Shown piece after piece: positions 47,105-56,972 of a stretch of DNA of 64,000 nt. The first letter of the stretch is position 1; the number at the start of each line of letters is the position of its first letter. The DNA is taken from the NCBI GenBank assembly GCA_963753035.1, contig CAVWAW010000009.1, positions 2,956 to 66,955 on the forward strand. Reading direction: 5' to 3'. Both the position numbers and the translations under genes were made by a program. Under the pieces are notes generated by a model that made no database searches, was not told the origin of the DNA, and saw nothing but the letters and a program-made list of their open reading frames with translations. The stretch is from an uncultured Acidobacteriota bacterium. Lineage in GTDB: Bacteria > Acidobacteriota > Thermoanaerobaculia > Thermoanaerobaculales > Sulfomarinibacteraceae.

Positions 47105-48577
47105 ATGAGCAGTCCGTTGCTTGATCTGGAGCCCAAGCTCCTGTGGCAGCATTTCGACGGAATCCGACAGGTCCCCCGCCCGTCCAAACACGAAGAAAAG
47201 ATCACCGAACACGTCGAGAACTGGGCGTCCGATCACGGTTACGAAGTTCAGAAGGACGAGGCCGGCACCATGGTGATCCGGGTGCCCGCCACCGAAGGCC
47301 ACGAGAATGCCGACACCGTCATTCTCCAGGGCCACCTCGACATGGTCTGCGAGAAGAACTCCGATGTCGATCACGACTTCATGACCCAGGGCATCGAGGT
47401 CGAGGTCGACGGCGACTGGGTTCGCGCCAAGGGGACGACCCTCGGCGCCGACAACGGCATCGGCCTCGCGGCCGCCATGGCGCTCGCCGACGATCCCGGA
47501 CGTGGTCCACGGACCGCTCGAGATCCTCGCCACCGTCGACGAGGAGACCGGTCTCACCGGGGCGAAGATGCTCGACGCCTCGCTGATCCAGCGGCAGGAT
47601 CCTGCTCAACCTCGACACCGAAGAGGACGGCGCGATCTACATGGGCTGCGCCGGCGGCGCCGACACCGACGCCTTCCTGCAAGATCTCTCGCCGCCGCGG
47701 GCTCCTCGGCTCGGTCCCGGTCAAGCTCGCCGTCCGCGGTCTGGCCGTGGCGGTCACTCGGGGCTCAACATCATCGAGAATCGGGGCAACGCCATCAAGC
47801 TCGCGACCCGTGTTCTCCAGGCCGCCCTCTACGCCGACATCGATGTCGATCTGGTCTCCATCGACGGCGGTTCGAAGCACAACGCCATCCCGCGCGAGTG
47901 CTTTGCCATCTGCCGGGTGGACAAGGGCGCCATCGATGGCTTCCGAGCGATCGCCGAGAGCCTGCGCCGCCGATTTCCGCGAAGAATTCAGCGCCACCGA
48001 TCCCGACCTCAACGTCGCAGATCGAGGAGATGGACGACGACGACGCGACCCGCCAGGTTCTCAATGTCCACGCCCGTGACCGGCTGCTGCGCCTGCTCGA
48101 CGCGCTCCCGCACGGCGTCCAGACCATGTCGCGCGAGGTGCCCGGTCTGGTGGAGACCTCGACCAATCTGGCCGTGGTCGAGACCCAGGAAGACGGCCTC
48201 AAGTTCGTCACCTCCCACCGGTCATCGGTGATGCCCGCCCTCTTCGCCCTGCGCCGCTCGGTGACCTCGAACTTCCGTCAGGCCGGCGCCAAGGTCAGCT
48301 ATGACGAGCACTACCCGGGTTGGCAGCCCAACCCCGAGTCGGCCATCCTCAACCGTTCGCGGATGTCTACGAACGGCTCTTCGGCGAGCAACCGGAGATC
48401 AAGGCGATCCACGCCGGTCTCGAGTGCGGTCTGCTGCTGGACAAGGTCCCGGGTATGGACGCCGTCTCCATGGGCCCCCAGATCGAGGGCGCCCACTCCC
48501 CCGATGAGCGCGTGCAGATCTCCTCGGTGGCCAAGTTCTACAAGCACGTCGCTGCACTCCTCGAAGACCTCGCATAG
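47105..48577 (+). pseudogene. pepD: Aminoacyl-histidine dipeptidase PepD (M20 family), interrupted by about 7 single-nucleotide frameshifts
   Basis: Conserved blocks are spread over all three frames: LQGHLDMVCEKN, TLGADNGIGLAAAMAL, VHGPLEILATVDEETGLTGA, ILLNLDTEEDGAIYMGCAGG, GGHSGLNIIENRGNAIK, GGSKHNAIPRE, PGWQPNPES, IHAGLECGLL and HSPDERV. The frame switches near 47498, 47589, 47680, 47747, 47967, 48018 and 48354. RBS aggagg precedes the ATG. Confidence 0.8.
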
Positions 48578-48599
48578 TCGAAGCAACGCTCACAATCCA

Positions 48600-48630
48600 G
48601 CCCCGGGCATACGCCCGGGGCTTTTCTTTG
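48600..48630 (+). terminator. Rho-independent terminator
   Basis: gccccgggc ata gcccggggc (9-bp stem) followed by ttttctttg, 23 nt after the pepD stop. Confidence 0.75.
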
Positions 48631-48729
48631 TGTGCTGCTTTTATTCTGCCGACGGTTCGCGGCAAACCGTCGGTCAAAATAAAGAATTGACGACAGCCTT
48701 GAAAACGCAGGGCCATCGAATCGTCCACA

Positions 48730-50888
48730 ATGGACGTCGTGAACACCACGATCCCACAGCCGAATCCGGTAACCACGACCATCTTGTTGGGTGTCGCAAC
48801 CGTCATCGCCCAAGCGCTTCTGCTCCGCGAAGCGATGGCGGCCATGGGCGGATCGGAGATGGCTTGGGGTCTGGTGATGGCGTTGTGGCTGGCCGGGATG
48901 GGCGCCGGTGCCCAGCTCGGTGTTCGCTTCGGGACCTTTCGATCCGCGATCACGCTGCCCGCCGTCACTCTCGCCCTGGCTGGTGTCGGCGCCGTCCTAT
49001 TCCGAGCTGCACCGGCGCTTGTCGGCGCAGCGCCCGGCGAAACCATCACCACCTGGCACGCGGTCTGGCTGTGGGCTCTCGCGGTCATTCCCGCTGCCTC
49101 CGCCGGCGGCTTCGGGTTTCCGATTCTCGCCGGCGAGCTCGGTCGGCGGGGACCCGGTCGGGCCTACACCCTCGAGGCCGTCGGCGCCCTGCTTGGCGGG
49201 ACGATGCTCAGCTTCGCGTTAACGGCCCTCGGAACGGCCGCTGCGTTCGTCATCGCATTCGGCATAGTCGGCGGTGCGACCCTGTGGCCGCGCCGGCGGA
49301 TATTCGCGGTGCTCGTCGTCCTCGGGAGCACGATGGCCGCCATGCCTACAGGCGAGATGCTCGCTCGGGCCACCTGGCGGTGGGCGGGCCATCCCGCAGT
49401 TCTCGGCAACTGGGCCGAAACCCGGCAGCAACGGCTCGAAGCCTCCACCGGCCCGCCGATGGCTCTCTACACCGACGGTCGCCTGGCGGCGAGCTACCCG
49501 GACCCCTACACCACCCTGCCCCGGGCGCATCTGATGCTGCTGCTCCACCCCGCGCCGCGGCGCATACTCGCCGTCGGCTGCACCGCCGACGGCAGCGCCG
49601 AGGCCATGGTTCGACATCCCGTCACCGAGATCATCCTGGTCGACGAGGACCCACAGCTGGCTCGTCGGCTGAGCGACTGGTACCCCGAGCGATTTCCGCA
49701 CCCTCATGGCGAACCCGAAACTGACCGCACGATCCACCGACCCACTGCGGGCGATTGAGAACATCGGCGATCTCGATCTGGTGATCCTCGCCGATGGCGA
49801 CCCCATCAGCCTGCGCGCCAACCGAACCCGCACCGTGGAGTTCCTAGGGAGCTGCCGCCGCTCCATGAAAGACGACGGGGTCCTCATCATGCGGGTCGGT
49901 GTCGGCGACACCTATCTCGGAGGCTTCGCCGGAGATCTGCTGGCAACCCTGGCGAGCACGCTCAAGGAGGTCTTTCCACGGGTCACTGCGATCCCCGGAG
50001 AACAGGTGCTCCTCGTGGCAGGCGTCTCGGAAGACCCCCTGGACACCTCCGACCACAGCCTGATGACGCGCCGCCTCGACCGACCCGAGATCGGTGACCA
50101 GTTGCACCCGGCCCTGCTGACGGTGCTTCTCGATGACGACCGCCGCACCGCGCTGGTCTCGTTCATCGACAACGCCGATATGCCACCGAACACCCTGCGG
50201 CAACCGCGGGCTGTGCCCATCGCCGCCCGGCTCCACGAATCGCGTTCCGGGCCGGCTTTGGTGTCGTCCCTCGCCGAGATCGGCCACCAGCTGCCGGTGA
50301 TCTTTGGCTCCACCGCGGCCGTCGCCGTGGTCTCTCTGATCGCGCTCGCCTTCGCCGGCGGCGCCGCCACTCGGGCCACCGCCGCCGCCGCAGTGATCGG
50401 TTTCACGTCCATGGGCTGGTGGATGCTCCTCGTGGCGACCTGGCAGGCCACCCGCGGCTCGGTCTATGCCGAGGTCGGCGCCCTGACCGGCGTCTTCATG
50501 GCCGGGGTCGCGGCGGGCTCGTGGGCGAGCCATCGAAGCGATCGGCAGGTGCGGGTCGTTCCCTGGATCCTCGGCGCCGGAACCGCGCTGTCCCTCCTGC
50601 TGGCCACCGGGCTCGCCGCACATGCACCCTTGGGGCTCGTGCCTGTATCTACTCGTCATCGCAGGCATCCTCACCGGCGCCGCCTTTCCCGGTCTCGGCG
50701 AACTCGCGAGCCGAACCTCCTGCCGTCGCGGCGCCGGGATCGCCTTCGCCGCCGACGAGATCGGCGCCGCCGCCGCGGCGCTCCTCATCGGCACCATCGC
50801 CATCCCATCGATCGGGATGACGGCGACCGCGACCGGGTTGGCGGTGTTGGGGTTGGCGGCGATTCCGGCGGTCGTGCGGACGGGGTGA
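48730..50888 (+). pseudogene. Polytopic membrane protein fused to a spermidine-synthase-like methyltransferase-fold domain; two frameshifts
   Basis: N-terminal TM bundle, then ILAVGCTADGSAEAMVRHPVTEIILVDEDPQL, LDLVILADGDP, and a C-terminal TM bundle. The frame switches in a C4 run at 49683-49686 and near 50625-50640 (ORFs 48730.., 49706.., 50622..). Confidence 0.6.
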
Positions 50889-51004
50889 GGGGGTGAGGGT
50901 TTGAGTCGTGGGGTCGCCTCTGCCTGTGACTCTGCCGCCGCCGCGGTCGCGGTCATGGATACGGACTTTGCAGTATGATCACATCCAACCTGAGAGGTCC
51001 CAAC

Positions 51005-52933
51005 ATGACTCGCTGGTCGGTTTTCGGAATCGTCGCCCTCGTCGCAACGTGCACTGCATCCGGTGAGGATTGCGCACAGCTCGGCGGTTCCTGGCCGTAC
51101 GGTCCGGTCAACGCGGTGGCGGAATATGACTGGACGGCGGTGATCAACAACGGAACGCAGCTTCAGACGGTCGACGTCACCAATCCCTTGACACCTTTCG
51201 TGATGGCCGAGATCCCACTGCCGGAGCCGGCTCGCGATATCGAGGCGGTAGCGGACAAGGCGTTTGTCGCGGTCGGGAGTCACGGTCTCGTCATCGTCGA
51301 CATCTCGAACCCGGTCTCGCCGGTCGAGCTGAGCCGAATCGACACTCCCGGTTTTGTCGAAGGCGTCGCATTCCTCCACGATCACGCCTACCTTGCCGCC
51401 GGCGACGCCGGTCTGCGGGTCATCGACGTCACCGATCCAGAAGCACCGGTCGAGGTCGCCTCGCTCCCGACCTCCGGTTACGCCCGCAGCGTCACCGTTC
51501 GTTCATCCTTCGACGTGATGGTCGCCGACAGTAACGGAGGAATGGTGGTGGTCGATGTCACCTCACCCACCGCGCCGATCCAGGTGGGCGAATGGGGAGA
51601 GTTTTCGACCATGGTGCTCGACATCGCGATGATGTGGCCCTACGCGGTGCTCACCGACGCCAATCTCGCCGGGATGGTCTGGGTGCTCGACGTGACCGAT
51701 CCGGCCAACCCCACGTGGGCCGGTGACACAGTTTTCTCAGAGGCCGAGTGGCCGTCGGCAATATCGATTTCGGGAACCACCGGCTATGTCGCGAGCTTTT
51801 CTGACTACGACCGCGGAACCGGCCTTCTGCACGTCGTCGATTTCTCCAACCCGTCGTTACCCCAGGTGCTCACAAGCTTGAGCACGACAGGCACGCCCTC
51901 GCGCATCAGTAGGGTGTTTGACCGGGCGTACCTCGCCGACGGGCCGGGGGGCTTGAGGATCTTCGACACCACGAACCCCTCGGTCCCGACCGAAATCGCC
52001 CATCTCGACGCAGCCGGTCATACCAACGATGTGGCGATGGCGCCGGGGTTGGCGGTTGTCGCGGATGCGGATTTCGGTGTGCGGGTGATCGACATGTCAC
52101 AACCCTCGACTCCTTTCGAGACCGGCTTCACGCCGCTCTCGGGCATGGCGTCCCGCGTGGTGGTCGCCGACGGCCTCGCCTATGTCGCCGACACCGTGGA
52201 GGGCCTTCATGTTATCGATCTTTCCGATCCTTCCGCCCCGACGCCGCTGGGTTCGTTTGCGATGGCGACCGGTGCCTGGGGACTCGACGTCAGCGGCAGC
52301 CACGCGTTCATCGCCGGTCGATACTCCGGCCTGATCGTGGTTGACGTCTCGGTGCCCACCGCGCCGGCGTTGGCGGGCGAATTGCCGCTGTCCGGCGGCC
52401 GTACCGGCGATGTCGCGGTCTCGGGAAACCTCGCGCTCACCCTGACCAGCTTCGGGAATCAGGGCACGATTCGCGTCATCGATGTCTCGGTTCCCTCGGC
52501 CCCGGTGGAGCTGGGTTCCCTCACGGTTCCCGGCTCGTCGGGGAGAATCGCCTTCGACGGCCACCGCGCCGTCGTGGCGAACACCTACGCCGGGACTCGG
52601 ATCATCGACGTCTCCGACCCGACGGCGCCGTACGAGACCGGCTTCTACGACCCGTCGGTCTCGGGAGCGGGGGCGCTCGATGTCGTGGTCGACGGGGCGC
52701 ACGCCTTCGTTGCGGATCGAATCGGGGTGCTCCGAGTCATCAACGTGGCCAACCCGCTGTGGCCCGTCGAGGTCGGCTCGTACAGCGAAGCGGGCGGTGC
52801 GGGAATTGACATCCGCGGCGGGCTCGTCCACCTCGCGACTGGTGACGGTGGGATGCTCGTCATCGATGTCGGCGACTGTACCTCCGGGCTCTTCAGCGAC
52901 GGCTTCGAGTCGGGCGATGCGGCCGCGTGGTGA
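51005..52933 (+). CDS. Secreted LVIVD-repeat beta-propeller protein
   Basis: Signal peptide MTRWSVFGIVALVATCTA. Many repeats of the type GLVIVDISNPVSPVEL / GLRVIDVTDPEAPVEV. It ends LFSDGFESGDAAAW. Confidence 0.75.
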   Translation: MTRWSVFGIVALVATCTASGEDCAQLGGSWPYGPVNAVAEYDWTAVINNGTQLQTVDVTNPLTPFVMAEIPLPEPARDIEAVADKAFVAVGSHGLVIVDISNPVSPVELSRIDTPGFVEGVAFLHDHAYLAAGDAGLRVIDVTDPEAPVEVASLPTSGYARSVTVRSSFDVMVADSNGGMVVVDVTSPTAPIQVGEWGEFSTMVLDIAMMWPYAVLTDANLAGMVWVLDVTDPANPTWAGDTVFSEAEWPSAISISGTTGYVASFSDYDRGTGLLHVVDFSNPSLPQVLTSLSTTGTPSRISRVFDRAYLADGPGGLRIFDTTNPSVPTEIAHLDAAGHTNDVAMAPGLAVVADADFGVRVIDMSQPSTPFETGFTPLSGMASRVVVADGLAYVADTVEGLHVIDLSDPSAPTPLGSFAMATGAWGLDVSGSHAFIAGRYSGLIVVDVSVPTAPALAGELPLSGGRTGDVAVSGNLALTLTSFGNQGTIRVIDVSVPSAPVELGSLTVPGSSGRIAFDGHRAVVANTYAGTRIIDVSDPTAPYETGFYDPSVSGAGALDVVVDGAHAFVADRIGVLRVINVANPLWPVEVGSYSEAGGAGIDIRGGLVHLATGDGGMLVIDVGDCTSGLFSDGFESGDAAAW

Positions 52934-52959
52934 TCCCCGGCCTTCTGGACCGCTGATTC

Positions 52960-53016
52960 TGTCGCGGTCGCGGTCGCTGTCCCTGTCGCTGCCACTGCCC
53001 CTGACGCTGTCCCTGA
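52960..53016. repeat. GC-rich hexamer-periodic array
   Basis: gtcgcg gtcgcg gtcgct gtccct gtcgct gccact gcccct gacgct gtccct. It is preceded by a 20-nt partial Rep-A start at 52937-52955. Confidence 0.7.
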
Positions 53017-53020
53017 TCCC

Positions 53021-53260
53021 CGGCCTTCTGGGCCGCTGTGACGCTATGGCGTCTCAGCGACCCAGCGTCGCACCATCGGCGTGGTCGATCGTGGGAAAGC
53101 AGGGAGGGCTGCGACCACGCCGATGGTACGCCGGCGGCCTGCTTCGTATCCGGGAGAGCAGACCGCATCGCCCTGCCCGAGGGAGCCCGGTATGACATTG
53201 TGCGGGGAGCGCCGCGAAACCGGGTGGTCGTTCAGGCACAATGTCAAACTCGGCACCCCG
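53021..53260 (-). repeat. Rep-A double-hairpin element, copy 4 (opposite orientation)
   Basis: On the + strand it starts with ccggccttctggg and ends with cggcacccc. Hairpin 2 arms are identical to copy 2 on the minus strand. The hairpin 1 core is tgacattgtgc/gcacaatgtca. Confidence 0.8.
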
Positions 53261-53323
53261 ATGAATCGCGATCTCCCGCGTGCCCTGACCTGCATTTGTC
53301 GCGGTCGCGGTCGTTGCCGCCAT

Positions 53324-54628
53324 TCAGGGGGTCGACAGCAATGAGTCCGACCACGCTTCAGTGTCCCCGGACTCGAAACCGTCGGCAAAGATCTCGGGGA
53401 AGGAACCGAACCAACGCGCCCAGAGGCAGTAGTCGGCCCCGCCGACTCCGCAGTCGTCGCTCACCCACGCGGCCACGATGTCGGAGGTGGCGCCACAATA
53501 TGCGATGTCCGTACCATCAACGCCATTGACTGGGGGGTGATCCGAAACCCTAAACTCGGGGTCGCAGCCGGAGCCGACATCCGGGTAACGGCAGGCAGTC
53601 AGCCCCGTCCACATCGCCATGAAGTCGCCGTTCGCCCTGGCCGTGAGCCCGCGTTGCCAACACCATTCGCAGTCGGGCGAAGTGACGAAGACGTTCGAGA
53701 GCAACGGGGCCCCGTCAGCGTCAAAGCGGCTGGCACGGACACGCTCCAATTCGACGCCGCCATTTTGGTCCCAGTAACTGTTGTCGTAAAGCACAAAGAA
53801 ACCGCCGCTGCCATCGGGCGCGGTGCGCGGATCGGTCACACTCTCCCAGATATCCCCGATAAACGGCGCGTTCGCCTGCGCGATCACAGTTTCGCTGCCG
53901 ACCGGGGTACCAGCGGGGTCGAAGCGTTGTGCCCTGATCGACGTGTAACTATCCCCGTTTGAGGAATTTCCTGAGCGTGTAGCCCAGACCATGGTGGGTG
54001 CGCCGTCAACGCTGATGACGACCGACTCTCTCCTCACCGAGTTGCCCCAAACGGACGGGTCGTGGGTGGGCCAAACCACCTCAAAGACCTGGCCCTGCGG
54101 ACTGCCGACCGGATCGTAGCGCTGGCCCTTGAGCAACGTGTCGTCGACCCAGGTGACTGCGAAGCCGCCGTCAGGGCCCAGACTGATGGATCTGGCGTCC
54201 GGCCGCGCGACAACCAGTTCAGGCCCCCAGGTCAGGGTCGTGCCGTCCAGACGCCGGCGGCGTACCGTGCCGTCGGGGGGCGAGATCCAGCCCACCACAA
54301 AGCCCCCGGTGCCGTCAAGCCCAACCGCAGGCCGCTGATCCGATCCCGCCGCGCCGATTTGCATCTGGCCTCCGAGCGGGTCCTGACCGAGGAACAGACG
54401 CCCCTCCACCGACCCGCTCGCGGGGTGCCACCAGACCACGATGGCAAGGTCATCCGCATTTCGACAGGCGACACCGACCTTGTGGGTGTGGGCGCTGAAG
54501 ATCGGTGTCTCTTCGACCAGCACCCCCTGACCCAGGGGAAGGTAAGCGCTCGTCTGTGCTCCGGCGGGGCTGGCGAAGAGGAGGCTTCCCCAAGCGGCGA
54601 AGACGCCGTAAACGAATGCTCGGGCCAT
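53324..54628 (-). CDS. Secreted hypothetical repeat protein
   Basis: ATG 54628 lies 4 nt after gggaggg. Signal peptide MARAFVYGVFAAWGSLLFASPAGA. There are recurring ...G.F.V.W...RRF/QRYD..G.P.G blocks. It ends IFADGFESGDTEAWSDSLLSTP. Confidence 0.55.
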   Translation of the reverse strand: MARAFVYGVFAAWGSLLFASPAGAQTSAYLPLGQGVLVEETPIFSAHTHKVGVACRNADDLAIVVWWHPASGSVEGRLFLGQDPLGGQMQIGAAGSDQRPAVGLDGTGGFVVGWISPPDGTVRRRRLDGTTLTWGPELVVARPDARSISLGPDGGFAVTWVDDTLLKGQRYDPVGSPQGQVFEVVWPTHDPSVWGNSVRRESVVISVDGAPTMVWATRSGNSSNGDSYTSIRAQRFDPAGTPVGSETVIAQANAPFIGDIWESVTDPRTAPDGSGGFFVLYDNSYWDQNGGVELERVRASRFDADGAPLLSNVFVTSPDCEWCWQRGLTARANGDFMAMWTGLTACRYPDVGSGCDPEFRVSDHPPVNGVDGTDIAYCGATSDIVAAWVSDDCGVGGADYCLWARWFGSFPEIFADGFESGDTEAWSDSLLSTP

Positions 54629-54778
54629 CTTTCCCTCCCGTGTCTTCATTTGACGTGCGAATCTGAAGGAGTCCGTGAACACAATATCGCCTCCTGGCTT
54701 CAGCAAGCAAGCTGGGAAGTTCCAACCTCCCATCGTTCTGAAGCCGGCGATCGAATGTAGCGCCGTTGGCTGACGGGA

Positions 54779-56572
54779 TCAGGGAACCGTGCTCGACCAA
54801 GCCGAGGTGTTCCCGGTCTCGAAACCGTCGGCGAAGAGCCGCAACAAAGCCACGAAGAGTACGGCGTCGGAGGCGTCGCTGTCGCCGTTGAGGTCCGTCA
54901 TCCCCTGTTGCGACTCGTTCACCCGGAACGCGACGGTCGCCTCGGCCACCGCAATCGTCTCCGTCGCGAGCTCGAGGTTCGTAGTGACCCCGCTCGAGAA
55001 GTCGTGGAGATGCCCAATGTAGTCGAGAATGTCGCCGTCGCCGTTGAGGTCCGTCGTGTCTTGATCGCTCTCGCGGGTCCTGAACGCGAGCACCTGGTCA
55101 CTCATCGCAAGCACCCAGGTAGACCCACCAGAGGCGAGCCCGAGGTTGGTCGGGCCGCCGCCCGTGACTTCGTGGAGGAAGATCACGGCGTCGTCGGTGT
55201 CGGTATCGCCGTTCAGGTCCATGCCTTCCTCTTCCTCTCTGACCTGCACCGCAACCGTTCCGGCGGCGATGCCATGGCTGTAGGTGCTGGACGCTGACAC
55301 CAGATTCGATGTGGTTTGCGTGCTGTGATCGTAGAGGTGCAGCACCCAGTCGTCAGTGTCGGCATCGCCGTTCAGATCGGTGTTCCCTTGGTGTGACTCA
55401 ACAACGAGGAAGGCGACGTGTCCGTCGCCGACCGCGAGGCTGTACTGCGGACCCGCGAACCCGGTGTTGGTGAGCGTTGCCGCCGCGATGTCGTAAACCG
55501 CAAAGATCGCGTCGTTCAGGTCGGCGTCGCCGTTCCCATTCACACCCTGGCCGGCCTCCGAGTAGCGGAAGGCCACAAGGTCACCGTCAACCGCAAAGCT
55601 GTGCGTTCCGACATAGCTCGCCGAGGCGCACTCGTAGCCGACGTTGGCCTGGGCGGTGGTCGCGATGTCGTGAACGAAGAGCACATTGTCGATGAAATCC
55701 CCGTCACCGTTTAAGCTGGTCTGCCCCTGGGCGAACTCGTTCACGCGCACCACGGCTTTGCCGTCTTCGAGTTCAACCTCCGGGCTGCTCGAGTACGACG
55801 CGAGCTGCGTATTGGTCAGAATCTCGGTCGACACGTCATAAACATGCAGCACGAGATCGAAGGCGTCGCCGTCGCTGTTGAGATCCGAGTTGTTCTGATC
55901 AGCCTCATCGACAAAGAAGGCGGCGATTCCGCCCTCGGCATCGAATCGGTTGGCTGCGCTGATCTCCACGGCCAGGGCAAGGTTCGTAGTAACGAGGCTC
56001 TCCGCGTCGTAGACGTGCACCACCCAGTCGGTGGTGTCACCGTCAGCGTTGAGGTCGGTGGCGTTCTGCCACGCCTCCGACACTACCGCAACGGCGAGCG
56101 GGTCACTGACTTGCAGATCCCACTCCGAGACCGCCCGTCCGAGGTTGCTGGTGACATCGGTGCGGGCGTCGTACACATGCCAAATGGTATCGGTGGCGTC
56201 GCCGTCGTTGTTGAGATCGGTATTGCCCTGGTCTTCCTCCGATACCGCGAAGACCACCAGCGCACCATCAACGACGGGTCGCCCGCCGGCGAGGGCGAGA
56301 TTCCGAACCTGACCGCTCACCGGATCGAGCACGTGGATCACTTCGTCATCGATGTCTTGGTCGCCGTTGAGGCTCTGAGCACCCTGGTTTGCCTCGACCA
56401 CCTGGAATGCGACAAGGTCGGGGCTCGTCGCCACATCTGCGACCGCGTAGCCGGTGTTGGAGAGCGCGCGGTTGGCCAGGTTCACCGTCGCGGCGGGGGC
56501 AATTCGGCCGGTAAGCAGAATTGGGCCGAGCACCAGGGCCAGCATGCCGGAGCGTAGGACTGATTCCCGCAT
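54779..56572 (-). CDS. Secreted protein with about 10 repeats of about 55 aa carrying DLNGDGD calcium-binding-like loops
   Basis: It has a signal-like N-terminus. The repeat pattern is VAF.V.E..QG.TDLNGDGD..D.VLHVYD..T...TNL. It ends LFADGFETGNTSAWSSTVP. Confidence 0.6.
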   Translation of the reverse strand: MRESVLRSGMLALVLGPILLTGRIAPAATVNLANRALSNTGYAVADVATSPDLVAFQVVEANQGAQSLNGDQDIDDEVIHVLDPVSGQVRNLALAGGRPVVDGALVVFAVSEEDQGNTDLNNDGDATDTIWHVYDARTDVTSNLGRAVSEWDLQVSDPLAVAVVSEAWQNATDLNADGDTTDWVVHVYDAESLVTTNLALAVEISAANRFDAEGGIAAFFVDEADQNNSDLNSDGDAFDLVLHVYDVSTEILTNTQLASYSSSPEVELEDGKAVVRVNEFAQGQTSLNGDGDFIDNVLFVHDIATTAQANVGYECASASYVGTHSFAVDGDLVAFRYSEAGQGVNGNGDADLNDAIFAVYDIAAATLTNTGFAGPQYSLAVGDGHVAFLVVESHQGNTDLNGDADTDDWVLHLYDHSTQTTSNLVSASSTYSHGIAAGTVAVQVREEEEGMDLNGDTDTDDAVIFLHEVTGGGPTNLGLASGGSTWVLAMSDQVLAFRTRESDQDTTDLNGDGDILDYIGHLHDFSSGVTTNLELATETIAVAEATVAFRVNESQQGMTDLNGDSDASDAVLFVALLRLFADGFETGNTSAWSSTVP

Positions 56573-56745
56573 CGATTTTCCCCTGTTCTCTTGTAGGTCT
56601 GTTTGCCTGTGCCGGCATTCTCCGTTCCGTGGATTCCAATGTCAAGTCAGAGAGTGGTGTTGGAGGCGCCGAAACACTGTCGCTGTCTCGGTCGCTGTCG
56701 CTGTCCCGGCCCCGGTCGCGGTTCCGGATGCGGACTCTTTCGACA

Positions 56746-56972
56746 CCGGCCTTCTGGGCCGCTGTGACGCTTTGGCGTTCCAGAGGCCCAGCGTCGCACC
56801 ATCGGCGCGATCGCGCGGAGGTAACGGGGATAACTGCGACCACGCCGGCGGCCTGTTTCTTATCCGGGAGAGCAGACCGGATCGCCCTGCCCGAGGGAGC
56901 CCGGTATGACATTGTGCGGGGAGCGCCGCGATGCCGGGTGGTCGTTCCGGCACAATGTCAAACCCGGCACCC
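56746..56972 (-). repeat. Rep-A element, copy 5 (degenerate: 11-nt deletion in hairpin 2)
   Basis: It aligns to copy 4 but lacks gatggtacgcc after gcgaccacgcc. Confidence 0.7.

Noticed and set aside
47105-48577. Programmed ribosomal frameshifting as an explanation for the broken genes.
   Set aside because: The shifts go in both directions and lack slippery heptamers or downstream structures. There are up to seven in one gene, and they occur in unrelated genes. Indel error or pseudogenisation is far more likely.
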